Source: an uncultured Verrucomicrobiae bacterium
Lineage (GTDB): Bacteria; Verrucomicrobiota; Verrucomicrobiia; Chthoniobacterales; Chthoniobacteraceae
Direction of reading: 5' to 3'
Assembly (NCBI GenBank): GCA_963769025.1
Contig: CAVYKI010000002.1
Span: forward strand, 256,001 to 320,000
DNA length: 64,000 bases
Shown: in pieces, positions 33,862-42,199 of the stretch
How the letters are laid out: every line of letters starts with the position of its first letter
Position numbering within the stretch: the stretch's first letter is position 1
Notes under the pieces: generated by a model
Seen by the model: only the letters and a program-made list of their open reading frames with translations
What the model was told of the DNA's origin: nothing
Database searches by the model: none
Position numbers and translations under genes: made by a program

Positions 33862-34815
33862 TCAGTGGATTGCCGCGGCGGGGATCGTCGTTCGCAGCAC
33901 GCTGCTGCCGGAGGCGAGGGGAGACAGGGTGCGCACGGATGCAGTCGCCGGGAGGATGAAAAATTCTCCAGTCTGGAAGCGCTCCCCACCGCATTCCACC
34001 TCGCCGCTGAGCACGGTGAAAATCACGCCATCCGCGCTGGTGTCTGCGCGCGGGGCGGGGAGTTGCCAGCGCTCGACGTGGAATTCCGGGCAGGAGGCGA
34101 CCGTCTCGCCGGTGAGTTGCGCGAGGGCGGGCTCGTGGTCGGCGAAGTCGATCGAGGCGAGGGATTCCGCGACGTGCAGCGCGCGGGGTTTGCCGTCGAG
34201 CCCGGTGCGGTTCCAGTCAAAGACGCGGTAGGTCGTGTCGCTGTTCTGCTGCATCTCGACGATGAGGCAGCCCGCGCCGATCGCGTGGCAGCGGCCGCTC
34301 GGGATGAACATCGCATCGCCCGCGCGCACCGGCACGCGGTGCAGCAATTCGGCGGCCCGGCCCTCGCCGAGCGCCTTCTCAAATCCCGCGCGTGTCGTCC
34401 CGCGCCGGAACCCGGCGAAAAGCTCGGCCCCTTCCGCCGCGTCGAGCAGGTACCACATCTCCGTCTTGGGTTCGCCTTTCAGCTCTGCCGCCTTGTCCGC
34501 AGGCGGGTGGACCTGGACGGACAGCGTCTCCCGGGCGTCGAGGATCTTTGCCAGCAGCGGAAAGCGCGGCGAATCGGGGACACCCGCCCCGAACACGTCC
34601 TTGCGGAACACGGTCCAGAGTTCGTGCAGCGTTGTGCCGATCAGCGGGCCGCGGGCGACCACGCTTTGCGCATCCGCGCGATCCACGATCTCCCAGCTTT
34701 CGCCGATCGGGACGTCGACCGGGGGATGCTTTCCCGGCATGGCTGCGAGCCTGTCGCCGCCCCACACGCGCTCCATGTAGAGCGGCCGGAAAACGAGCGG
34801 CTTCTCAAAACTCAT
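33862..34815 (-). CDS. manA: Type I mannose-6-phosphate isomerase
   Basis: RVWGG, GESWE, FPLLAKILDA, LSVQVHP, KTEMWY, HAIG, EMQQNSDTTYRVFDW. Confidence 0.9.
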   Translation of the reverse strand: MSFEKPLVFRPLYMERVWGGDRLAAMPGKHPPVDVPIGESWEIVDRADAQSVVARGPLIGTTLHELWTVFRKDVFGAGVPDSPRFPLLAKILDARETLSVQVHPPADKAAELKGEPKTEMWYLLDAAEGAELFAGFRRGTTRAGFEKALGEGRAAELLHRVPVRAGDAMFIPSGRCHAIGAGCLIVEMQQNSDTTYRVFDWNRTGLDGKPRALHVAESLASIDFADHEPALAQLTGETVASCPEFHVERWQLPAPRADTSADGVIFTVLSGEVECGGERFQTGEFFILPATASVRTLSPLASGSSVLRTTIPAAAIH

Positions 34816-34861
34816 GGGGATTCCTCGATACGGCCCGGCTGCGTTCCGGTGTTTCCGCGGA

Positions 34862-36244
34862 TCAGGACTTCGAGGACGCCTTGAGGGGCTTGCCTTCGAT
34901 CTTCCGGTAAAGCGTCGCCATGCTGATGCCGAGCGTCTTCGCGGCCTTCTCGCGGTTGCCGGAGCTGCGCTTGATGGTTTCCTCGATGAAGCGCCGCTCC
35001 TGATCGCGGATGAAGGCATCCAGCTTCTTGCCGACCGGCATCGCGCCGTCGCCGCCTTTTCCGCTGCCGGACGGGCCTTCGAGGAGCTGCGGCGGGAGAT
35101 CCTTCACGAGGATGAGATCCTCGTCGCACAGCGCGCTCGCGCGCTCGATGGCGTTTTCCAGTTCACGCACATTGCCCGGCCAGTCGTAGCCCTGGAGCGC
35201 CTCGATGGCCTTCGGGTCGATTTTCATCGCGCGCGGATTCGGCCCGGTGGCGGACTTTTTCAGGAAATGCTGGACGAGGAGCGGGATGTCCTCGGGCCGG
35301 TCGCGCAACGGCGGCAGCTCGATGGGAATGACCGCGAGCCGGTAGTAGAGATCCTCGCGGAACTTGCCGTCCTTCACCTTGTCGAGCAGCGACTCGTTCG
35401 TCGCGCCGAGCACGCGCACATTGATGGGCAGCGTCTTCGTGTCGCCGACGCGGCGGAGCTGGCGCTCCTGGAGCACGCGGAGCAGCTTCGTCTGGAGCGG
35501 CAGGGCCATCGAGTTCACCTCGTCGAGGAAAATGGTGCCCTTTTCCGCCTCCTCGAAGAGCCCCGCCTTGTCCGACACCGCACCGGTGAAGGAGCCCTTC
35601 TTGTGGCCGAACAGCTCGCTCTCGAGCAGGTTCTCCGGCAGCGCGGAGCAGTTGATGGCGACGAAGGGATGATGCTGCCGGCTGCTGTTGAAATGCAGCG
35701 CCCGCGCGACGAGCTCCTTGCCCGTGCCGCTCTCGCCCTGGATCAAAATCGTCGAGTCGGTGTCCGCGATCTTGCGGATGAGGTGATAGACCTCGTCCAT
35801 CTTCGGCGACGTGCCGATGATGTTCTCCGGGTTCGTCGCGCGCTTCACGACCTTCTTCAGCGTGTCGCGCTCCTTCGCCGTGTCGGAAAACTCGATGACG
35901 TGCTTCACCCGCGCCTGCATCTCGGAAATCTTGAACGGCTTGCGGATGTAATAGCGGGCACCCTCGGCGATGGCCTTTTCCGCGATCTCCTCGTTGCCCT
36001 GCCCGGTCATCAGGATCACCTCGCAGCTCTCCAGCGCCGCCTTGACCTGCCGCAGGATCTCGAAGCCGTCCACCTTGCCCATCTTGATGTCGCTGATGAC
36101 GAGCGCCGGCGCGATGGTCTCGATCTGTTCGAGCGCCTTCTGGCTGTTGGTGAAGGGGAACGTCTCGTGGCCCATCTCCTTGCAGGCTGTGACGACGAGT
36201 TCGACGATGTTCGGTTCATCGTCCACGATAAGGATCTTGGCCAT
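34862..36244 (-). CDS. Sigma54-dependent response regulator (NtrC family: REC-AAA+-Fis HTH)
   Basis: ILIVDDE, GESGTGKE, ESELFGH, GSFTGA, FLDE, FREDLYYRL, WPGNVREL, AAKTLGISMATLYRK. Confidence 0.95.
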   Translation of the reverse strand: MAKILIVDDEPNIVELVVTACKEMGHETFPFTNSQKALEQIETIAPALVISDIKMGKVDGFEILRQVKAALESCEVILMTGQGNEEIAEKAIAEGARYYIRKPFKISEMQARVKHVIEFSDTAKERDTLKKVVKRATNPENIIGTSPKMDEVYHLIRKIADTDSTILIQGESGTGKELVARALHFNSSRQHHPFVAINCSALPENLLESELFGHKKGSFTGAVSDKAGLFEEAEKGTIFLDEVNSMALPLQTKLLRVLQERQLRRVGDTKTLPINVRVLGATNESLLDKVKDGKFREDLYYRLAVIPIELPPLRDRPEDIPLLVQHFLKKSATGPNPRAMKIDPKAIEALQGYDWPGNVRELENAIERASALCDEDLILVKDLPPQLLEGPSGSGKGGDGAMPVGKKLDAFIRDQERRFIEETIKRSSGNREKAAKTLGISMATLYRKIEGKPLKASSKS

Positions 36245-36276
36245 GGTCTTGGGTAGGTTGGGCTGAAAGCGCGTCG

Positions 36277-36342
36277 CTCTCGGAAATGAGAGTATTGCAG
36301 GAATGAGAGCGGGCAAATCAAATCCGCTATCGGAATTGAGAA
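36277..36342. promoter_or_regulatory. Repeated palindromic operator-like sites overlapping a sigma70-like promoter of the NtrC-family gene
   Basis: CTCTC-GGAAAT-GAGAG (36277-36292), ATTGC-AGGAAT-GAGAG (36294-36309), CTATC-GGAATT-GAGAA (36327-36342). Minus strand TTGCCC-N16-TACTCT. Confidence 0.5.
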
Positions 36343-36364
36343 TCGCCGGGCGGAGGGGCAGCCC

Positions 36365-36988
36365 CTAGGCGGACGTTTTCATGCCGAGCCGCTTGCGGAC
36401 GCTGTTCTCAAACTGGAACAGCGGATGCATGAGCGAGGCCACGGAATCGGGGAGAAGGTTCGGGCCGCGCGGGCCGTCGGGGGCGGTCTTTTCCAGGAAA
36501 AGGAGGGAGCCGGCGAGTTCGAGGCGGTGGTAGTTCCGGTTGTTCGCCAGAAAGTAGTCGGCGGCCCACTTTACCGAGCGCAGGCGCGGCGTGTAGTCGT
36601 GCAGCGCGAGGATGCCGTTGGGGTTCACGAGCGCCGCCCAGTGCAGGTCCTGCATCACGTAGCGGAACTTGTGGGTGCCATCGATGAGGACAAAATCGAA
36701 CGACTCAAGGACCCGCCGGGAATGCCGGAAGGCGTCCCAGCTTCGCATCTCGCGGAATTCCACGGTGTCGAGCGGGAGCCCGTGCGAGGTGACATTCTGC
36801 TCCACGACCTGCCGCTGGTTGGCGAAATAGTTCATCGTGTCGATGACGACGAAGGGCGGCCGGTGCGGTGTGGCCTGCATCATTTCGCAGAGCGTGCCGC
36901 CGGCTGCGGTGCCGATTTCCAGGTGCCTGCCGGGCCGCGGGCGTGCGCGCAGAATGCTCCGGAGCGCCTCCAGTTCCGGCTGGGTCAT
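36365..36988 (-). CDS. Class I SAM-dependent methyltransferase (Methyltransf_24-like)
   Basis: HLEIGTAAGGT, VVIDT, FDFVLIDGTH, GILALHDY. Start may be 37024. Confidence 0.82.
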   Translation of the reverse strand: MTQPELEALRSILRARPRPGRHLEIGTAAGGTLCEMMQATPHRPPFVVIDTMNYFANQRQVVEQNVTSHGLPLDTVEFREMRSWDAFRHSRRVLESFDFVLIDGTHKFRYVMQDLHWAALVNPNGILALHDYTPRLRSVKWAADYFLANNRNYHRLELAGSLLFLEKTAPDGPRGPNLLPDSVASLMHPLFQFENSVRKRLGMKTSA

Positions 36989-37077
36989 TTCCGAGGTTAG
37001 CTGCGTCGCGCAAGGGCGTTCCATCCGCGGCGATGTTCGGCACTGCGCGCGGCGCGCGCAAGAAAAACTCCGGGCTT

Positions 37078-40000
37078 TCAGCCTTTGCGCGCGGCGAACT
37101 GCGCGGCGGCGTGCTCCAGCCAGCCGGCATCCGGCGCCGCGTAAGGGCGGAAGGTTTCCAGCGAACCGGCCTGCTCGTTGTAGAGCAGCGCGCGGTGCAG
37201 GCCGAGGTTGCTCGCCTTCGGCGAATCGATGAGGCTCGCGGAGTCGTTCGCGCTCATCTGGAAGACGATCCGCATTTCAAATTCGCTCAGCGCCTTCCGG
37301 CTCATCGTGCGGTTGACGTTGTTGAACGAGTCCACCGTCGCGATGATGTGGATGCCGAGCGCGCTGCCTTCCGAGATGATCTCGTTGAACGCGGCGCCGG
37401 GGCTCGACTCGCCGTCGCCGCCACCGAAACTGAAGTCGTCCTCGTGGCGCAGCTTCTTGAATTTGTGCAGGCCATGGACAAACAGGAACACCGATGGCGC
37501 ACCCGCGGCCGGCGTCTCGCCGCTCGCGCGCGCCTTCATCTCGGTGGAAAGATTGCCCAGCACCTCGGGAATCTCCTGCGCGGTGGCGAGCGTGACAGCC
37601 TCCGGCATCATCGCCGCGACCTGTTCGAGCAAAGCGGCGTCCGGCGTCCCGGGCGTCGCGGAGTGGATCAAAATGCACCGCACCGCTCCCGGCGGATGCT
37701 GCGCGGCAAGCGCGACGATGGAGAGCGCGACCATCGTGAGCGCGGCTTCCTCGCGCTGGCCGACGATGAGCAGGTGGTTCCCGCTCTGGCGGTGAAATGC
37801 CGCCTCCGTCGGCCCCTTGATCGAATTTGGCGCTCCGAACCAGCAACGCGCCGCGGCCGGAGGCGCAGTCGGAGGCGAGGCGAGCGCGGCGGCGAGCAGA
37901 TCGTTCTCGCGGATGCTGGCGGGCGCGTTGCCCTCGAAGACGATCGCGCTTCGCTGCGGCTCATGGCGCTCGTCGGCGAGCGCACGGACCTTGTCGAGCC
38001 ACTTGTCGCGCTCGTCGTCGGGCAGCCAGACGACCTGGAAGGGGCTGTTGCCCTCGATGGCGCCGCCCGCGTCGTTGTAGATGCCTTCGCCGGGCCGCGA
38101 GAGGAGGCGCGGGGCGGAGTTCGTGTCGTCCATGATGAGATACGCGTCGGCCTCGTTGCACTGCAGCGCGACGCGGATGACCATCTGCCCGAGCGTCGCG
38201 CGGGCGAGCGAATACGCGCCGCCGAGGCTCTGCGAGCCGAGCAGCACGTGGATGCCAAAGGCGCGGCCCTGCCGCACGATGCGGTCGAACAGCAGCGAGG
38301 CCGTCTGCGCGATGCTGTCGTCCTCGACGAAGAACTCCTGGAATTCGTCAATCAGCAGCAGCGAGCGCGGCATCGGCTCCGTCCCGCCGGCGCGCTTGTA
38401 GCCCGCGACGTCCTGCACGCCGAGCTTGCGGAACATGTCGCCGCGCCGCTTCAGCTCCTCGTCCACGCGCTGGAGGACGCTGAGCGCGAATTCCCGGTCG
38501 CTCTCGATCGCCACGACGCGCGCGTGCGGCAGCCGCTTGTTCGCGTAGCATTTGAATTCGACGCCCTTCTTGAAATCGATGAGGTAGAACTCCACCTGCT
38601 CCGGCGAGCACGCGAGCGCGAGATTCGTGATGATCACGTGGAAGAGCGTGGATTTTCCCGATCCCGTCTTGCCTGCGAAGAGCGCGTGCTGCCGCGTGCC
38701 CTTGCCGATGGCGAGATACTGCATCTTCGTCGCGCCGGTGCGGCCGATGGGGATGCGCAGTTCGTTCGTCGTCTCGTTCGTCCAGAGTTCCGCCGGCTTC
38801 GGCGCGATCTGCTCGAACGGCACCTGCACGCGGTTCGAGTCCACGCTGCTCTTGCCGATTTTGTGGACGAGGCTCTGCGCGAGCGCGGCGTCCGGCGGCG
38901 GGTCGAGCACGAGCGCTGCGCCGGCCTCGGCCTGCTCGCGGCCGGTGGTGAAAGTGTTCCCCTCGGCGCGCAGGCACACGCTGCTCTTCCGCAATTCCTC
39001 CACGGAAAACCCGTCCGGCAGCGGCTGGCGCTGGTCCCAGTGGATCAGCGTAAATACCCCGCAGCGCGGCCCGCTGATGGCGATGCTCTGCAGCCGCTTC
39101 GCCGCAGTCTCGCTGAAGCCGGAGGGAAAGTCCGCGATGACGAGGAAATAGTATTTTTCCGCCACGCTGCCCGCCTGCTCGTTGTAGGCGGTGATGTTCG
39201 CGTACTCGTTGCGCAGATACATCTGGATGACTTTCTCGATGTGTTCGTTGATCTCGCCGAGCCGCTCGTCGAGCTGCTCGCGCTGCGTCCAGATGCGGCG
39301 GTTGATGATGGCCTCCTCGTAGTCGCCGAGGTGCATGAGCCCCGCGAAATTTTCGCCGAGGCCGACGGGATCGAAAATGGTGAAGCTGAGTTTCCCCGGC
39401 GGAGTCGTCGAGAGCAGCCGGAGGATCACGTTGTTCAGCACGCTCATCGTCGCACCGCCGCACGATTCGCGCGTCTCAAAAAGCAGCGAGCCCTGCTGCG
39501 GATACGTGAGCGCGAGCGGGATGGACACCTGCGGCGGCCCGGGCAGCGCGAGCCGCGAGACGGCGGTGGAGGCATCGGGCCGCTTTGCAAGGTCGAGGCT
39601 CAGTTGCGCGAATTTCGTCGCCGGTGTGAACTTCACGCGCGGCTCCCATTCCTCGACAACGCGCGCGGTCCACTCGGGGAAATCCGGCGCGAGCGCGGCG
39701 TTCAGTGCGGCGATTTCCTCGTAGAGCGGCGTGATCTCCGCCTTCCACGCCGCGTCGAGTTCGTCCCACCTCGCCTTCTCATTCGCGAGGATGGCGCTCA
39801 TTTCGGATGCGCGGGCGGCTTCCACCTCGCGCCGTTTTTCGGCGGTGCGTTGCTGGAATTCCCGCACCTTCGCATCCGTGCGGGAACGGACTTCCGCGAG
39901 CTGCCGGCGAAGGCGCTCCTGGAGTTTTTGCGTGAGCCTCGGGAGTTGCGGTTCGAGCTTTTGCCGGCCCTTCTGCTCGAATTCCGCCTCGAGGTTGTCC

Positions 40001-40968
40001 GCCTTTGCCCATTTGGTTTCGAGGTCGGCAAACGTCCGGTCGTATTCGTCCTGCAGGCGCTGGCGTTCGGCCTTGTGCTGTGCTTCGGCGGCGGCGATGC
40101 CCGCCCGGAGCGCGCGAAACGCATCGAGGATCGCCGCGCCCGTTTTTTCCGCCTCGGCCTTCGCGCCGTTCCGGCCGGTGACGTAGGCGAAAATGCAGCC
40201 GGCGGTGAGGAGCACCGCCACGGCCGCGCCCGCGACGTAAAGCGGCGCGGAAAGGCCGCGCGCGAAGACGACCGCGACGCCGATGAGCACGGCAAGCACG
40301 ATGCACACTGGCAGCGGCATCGCGCTGAAAAGGCGCGGCAGCGGCAGCGCGCGGAATGTCGCGAGCTGCTCCGTCGCGGCGGCGATCCGGGATTCGATCT
40401 CGCCCTGGAAATCATCAGGCGCGTCGGCGATCCGCCTTTCACCCTCGCGCTCGGTCAGCGTCTGCGCGAACGAACTGTAGCCGCTGAAGGCCTTCACGGT
40501 TTGCGCCGTGATGCCGTCGAGCGCCGCGCGTTGCTGGGCGAGCGTCTGCGACAGCGCGGCGTGGTCGCCGTCGTTCTTCTTGGTGCCGGCGGTGTGGGCG
40601 CGCTCGGCGCGGAGCTGGCGCATCTGGAGTTCACCCAGCCAGTTTCCCTTCGCATCCTGTGCGCGCTTGGGGAGCGTGCGCGTCAGAAGCCCATGGGCGC
40701 GCTGCACTCGGCCGAGCCGGCGATCATGGATTTCCTGGAGCCGCTCGGCCTCCTTTGCGGAAAGGGCTTCCGCCTCTGCGATCTGCGCGGCGAGCGCGCC
40801 GTCGTCCTTGTGCATCGCCTCGCGGTGCCGCCGCATTTCCTGATAGTTCCGCGCGGAAAGCGTGCTGGTCAGCTCCGCTTCCTTTTTCGCAAACGCCGCG
40901 ACCGTCCTCGTCAGCCTCGCGAGGAGCTCGAGCGCATGGGAAAATCGCAGATCGGGGCCGCTACTCAC
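37078..40968 (-). CDS. Membrane-anchored FtsK/SpoIIIE-family ATPase, EccC/EssC-like
   Basis: Coiled coil, TM hairpin, coiled coil, then three ATPase-fold domains. Intact Walker A GKTGSGKS (38650-38673) and Walker B LLLIDEF, plus IDFKKG and RQGRAFGIH. GTG start overlaps the upstream gene's 3' end. Confidence 0.88.
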   Translation of the reverse strand: MSSGPDLRFSHALELLARLTRTVAAFAKKEAELTSTLSARNYQEMRRHREAMHKDDGALAAQIAEAEALSAKEAERLQEIHDRRLGRVQRAHGLLTRTLPKRAQDAKGNWLGELQMRQLRAERAHTAGTKKNDGDHAALSQTLAQQRAALDGITAQTVKAFSGYSSFAQTLTEREGERRIADAPDDFQGEIESRIAAATEQLATFRALPLPRLFSAMPLPVCIVLAVLIGVAVVFARGLSAPLYVAGAAVAVLLTAGCIFAYVTGRNGAKAEAEKTGAAILDAFRALRAGIAAAEAQHKAERQRLQDEYDRTFADLETKWAKADNLEAEFEQKGRQKLEPQLPRLTQKLQERLRRQLAEVRSRTDAKVREFQQRTAEKRREVEAARASEMSAILANEKARWDELDAAWKAEITPLYEEIAALNAALAPDFPEWTARVVEEWEPRVKFTPATKFAQLSLDLAKRPDASTAVSRLALPGPPQVSIPLALTYPQQGSLLFETRESCGGATMSVLNNVILRLLSTTPPGKLSFTIFDPVGLGENFAGLMHLGDYEEAIINRRIWTQREQLDERLGEINEHIEKVIQMYLRNEYANITAYNEQAGSVAEKYYFLVIADFPSGFSETAAKRLQSIAISGPRCGVFTLIHWDQRQPLPDGFSVEELRKSSVCLRAEGNTFTTGREQAEAGAALVLDPPPDAALAQSLVHKIGKSSVDSNRVQVPFEQIAPKPAELWTNETTNELRIPIGRTGATKMQYLAIGKGTRQHALFAGKTGSGKSTLFHVIITNLALACSPEQVEFYLIDFKKGVEFKCYANKRLPHARVVAIESDREFALSVLQRVDEELKRRGDMFRKLGVQDVAGYKRAGGTEPMPRSLLLIDEFQEFFVEDDSIAQTASLLFDRIVRQGRAFGIHVLLGSQSLGGAYSLARATLGQMVIRVALQCNEADAYLIMDDTNSAPRLLSRPGEGIYNDAGGAIEGNSPFQVVWLPDDERDKWLDKVRALADERHEPQRSAIVFEGNAPASIRENDLLAAALASPPTAPPAAARCWFGAPNSIKGPTEAAFHRQSGNHLLIVGQREEAALTMVALSIVALAAQHPPGAVRCILIHSATPGTPDAALLEQVAAMMPEAVTLATAQEIPEVLGNLSTEMKARASGETPAAGAPSVFLFVHGLHKFKKLRHEDDFSFGGGDGESSPGAAFNEIISEGSALGIHIIATVDSFNNVNRTMSRKALSEFEMRIVFQMSANDSASLIDSPKASNLGLHRALLYNEQAGSLETFRPYAAPDAGWLEHAAAQFAARKG

Positions 40969-41170
40969 AATCGTTGTGCACCTTTCTGAGCAGGACGCTG
41001 ATCTCATCCATCGCCGTCGCCGTGCGGGCCGTGAGGTTCGGCAGCCGTTCGAGGTAGTTGTGCTCGAACTCGTCCGCCTTCACGTCGCGCCAGTGAGCCT
41101 TCGTCTGCTCCCATTTCTGGGACAGTTCCTTGAAAGCCTGCGCGAGGGTGGCGTTGCCTTCTTCACTCAT
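40961..41170 (-). CDS. Short WXG100-like helical hairpin protein (W-R-D), 69 aa
   Basis: LAQAFKELSQKWEQTKAHWRDVKADEFEHNYL: amphipathic helices around a W-x-D turn. Overlaps both neighbours. Confidence 0.7.
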   Translation of the reverse strand: MSEEGNATLAQAFKELSQKWEQTKAHWRDVKADEFEHNYLERLPNLTARTATAMDEISVLLRKVHNDCE

Positions 41171-41706
41171 GGATTTGCGTCGGTTTCACTCGATGGCGCC
41201 TCCGGCGCGGCGGGAGCGGGTTCGCCGGCGGGAGCGGAGCGCTCGGCGTAGGCATCGAGGATCTCGCGGGCTCGGTAGAGGAAGGTGATCGCATCCGGCA
41301 TTTCCTGATCGAGGTAATCCCGGAAGCCGTCGAGCTTCTTCACGAGCGGATCGGCCGCGGCGTCGAAGTTCTGGTTCCACTTTTTCACGTTCCGCAGCTT
41401 TTGGTGCGCCTCCTCGACCGCCGCCTTCGCCTTTCGTACGACCGCCTCGCGCATCGCGATGGCGCCGGTCATCTTCGTGAGTCGCGCGCTGTAAAGTTCC
41501 TGCACGGCCTGGTCGAGCAGCCGCTGCCTGCGCCGGATTTCCCCCTCCCAATGCATCCGCTGGTCGTGCTGCAGCCAGTTCCGCGTCCGCCGCACGCGGT
41601 CGCGCACGGTGTCCACGGACTGCCGCGCCTTCGTCACGAAAATGACCATGCTCGCGCGCAACGCATCGAGCGCATCGACCGACGTGACCCTTGCCTGCGT
41701 GCCCAT
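41167..41706 (-). CDS. Elongated WXG100-like coiled-coil protein (W-E-G), 179 aa
   Basis: N-terminus (QARVTSVDALDALRASM) and C-terminus (AREILDAY) parallel the upstream WXG100 protein. Contains HWEG; all-helical. Confidence 0.6.
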   Translation of the reverse strand: MGTQARVTSVDALDALRASMVIFVTKARQSVDTVRDRVRRTRNWLQHDQRMHWEGEIRRRQRLLDQAVQELYSARLTKMTGAIAMREAVVRKAKAAVEEAHQKLRNVKKWNQNFDAAADPLVKKLDGFRDYLDQEMPDAITFLYRAREILDAYAERSAPAGEPAPAAPEAPSSETDANP

Positions 41707-41713
41707 TGGGTGA

Positions 41714-41741
41714 GTTGAGAGTTGAAGGTTGAGAGTTGAGA
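41714..41741. repeat. Heptamer tandem repeat (GTTGAGA x4, one variant)
   Basis: GTTGAGA GTTGAAG GTTGAGA GTTGAGA, ending 7 nt upstream of the 41706 start codon on the minus strand. Confidence 0.8.
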
Positions 41742-41778
41742 GGTCGGAGAATGGATCGCACTGCCTGCGTCGGGACGG

Positions 41779-42051
41779 TCAGCGCTGGTCGAGGTATTCC
41801 TCGATGCGCTGCGCCTTCCGCAGCAGGTAGGGCGTGTGCTTCTCCGCGATCTCCACGAATTTCTTCAGCACCTTCATCGTGGTGATGAACTCCTCGGCAA
41901 ATTTCTCCGCCTCCTGATCCTGCCACGAGCTGCCCAGCGCCGCGAACCGCGCCTGAAGCGATCCCGCCTTCGCCTGCACGTCGTCGTTGAAACGTTTCAG
42001 CTCCTTCGCAAACCGGCGCACTTCTTCTGGGTCGATGATTGCCTGGGCCAT
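41779..42051 (-). CDS. WXG100 family (ESAT-6/EsxA-like) protein, 90 aa
   Basis: MAQAIIDPEEVRRFAKEL..LGSSWQDQEAEKFAEEF..KAQRIEEYL: the typical I-D-P-E-E start, central W-x-[G/D]..A..F...F, and about 90-100 aa length. Confidence 0.88.
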   Translation of the reverse strand: MAQAIIDPEEVRRFAKELKRFNDDVQAKAGSLQARFAALGSSWQDQEAEKFAEEFITTMKVLKKFVEIAEKHTPYLLRKAQRIEEYLDQR

Positions 42052-42091
42052 GGTCGTGGATTTCTGGGGTTGGGGAGCGGGAGACGAAGGA

Positions 42092-42119
42092 ATGATAACG
42101 CCCGGCCCGTGCAGTTCAA
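42092..42119 (-). promoter_or_regulatory. Sigma70-like promoter of the WXG100-FtsK operon
   Basis: Minus strand TTGAAC-N16-TATCAT, about 40 nt upstream of ATG 42051. Confidence 0.55.
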
Positions 42120-42199
42120 TACGCGCGTTGGTTTCCGACAAAATGTTCACGGCCCCGCGTTGCACTTTTCGCCGCGAATGCTCACCGTCCACCGCCTCC

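Noticed and set aside
37078..40968. Housekeeping FtsK or conjugative coupling protein / ICE
   Set aside because: No gamma domain or 4-TM FtsK N-terminus; no relaxase, integrase or att-like repeats nearby; the partners are WXG100-like.
36868..40989. 1373-aa plus-strand ORF antisense to the FtsK-like gene
   Set aside because: Shadow ORF caused by GC-rich codon bias; no motifs; fully overlaps a well-supported gene.
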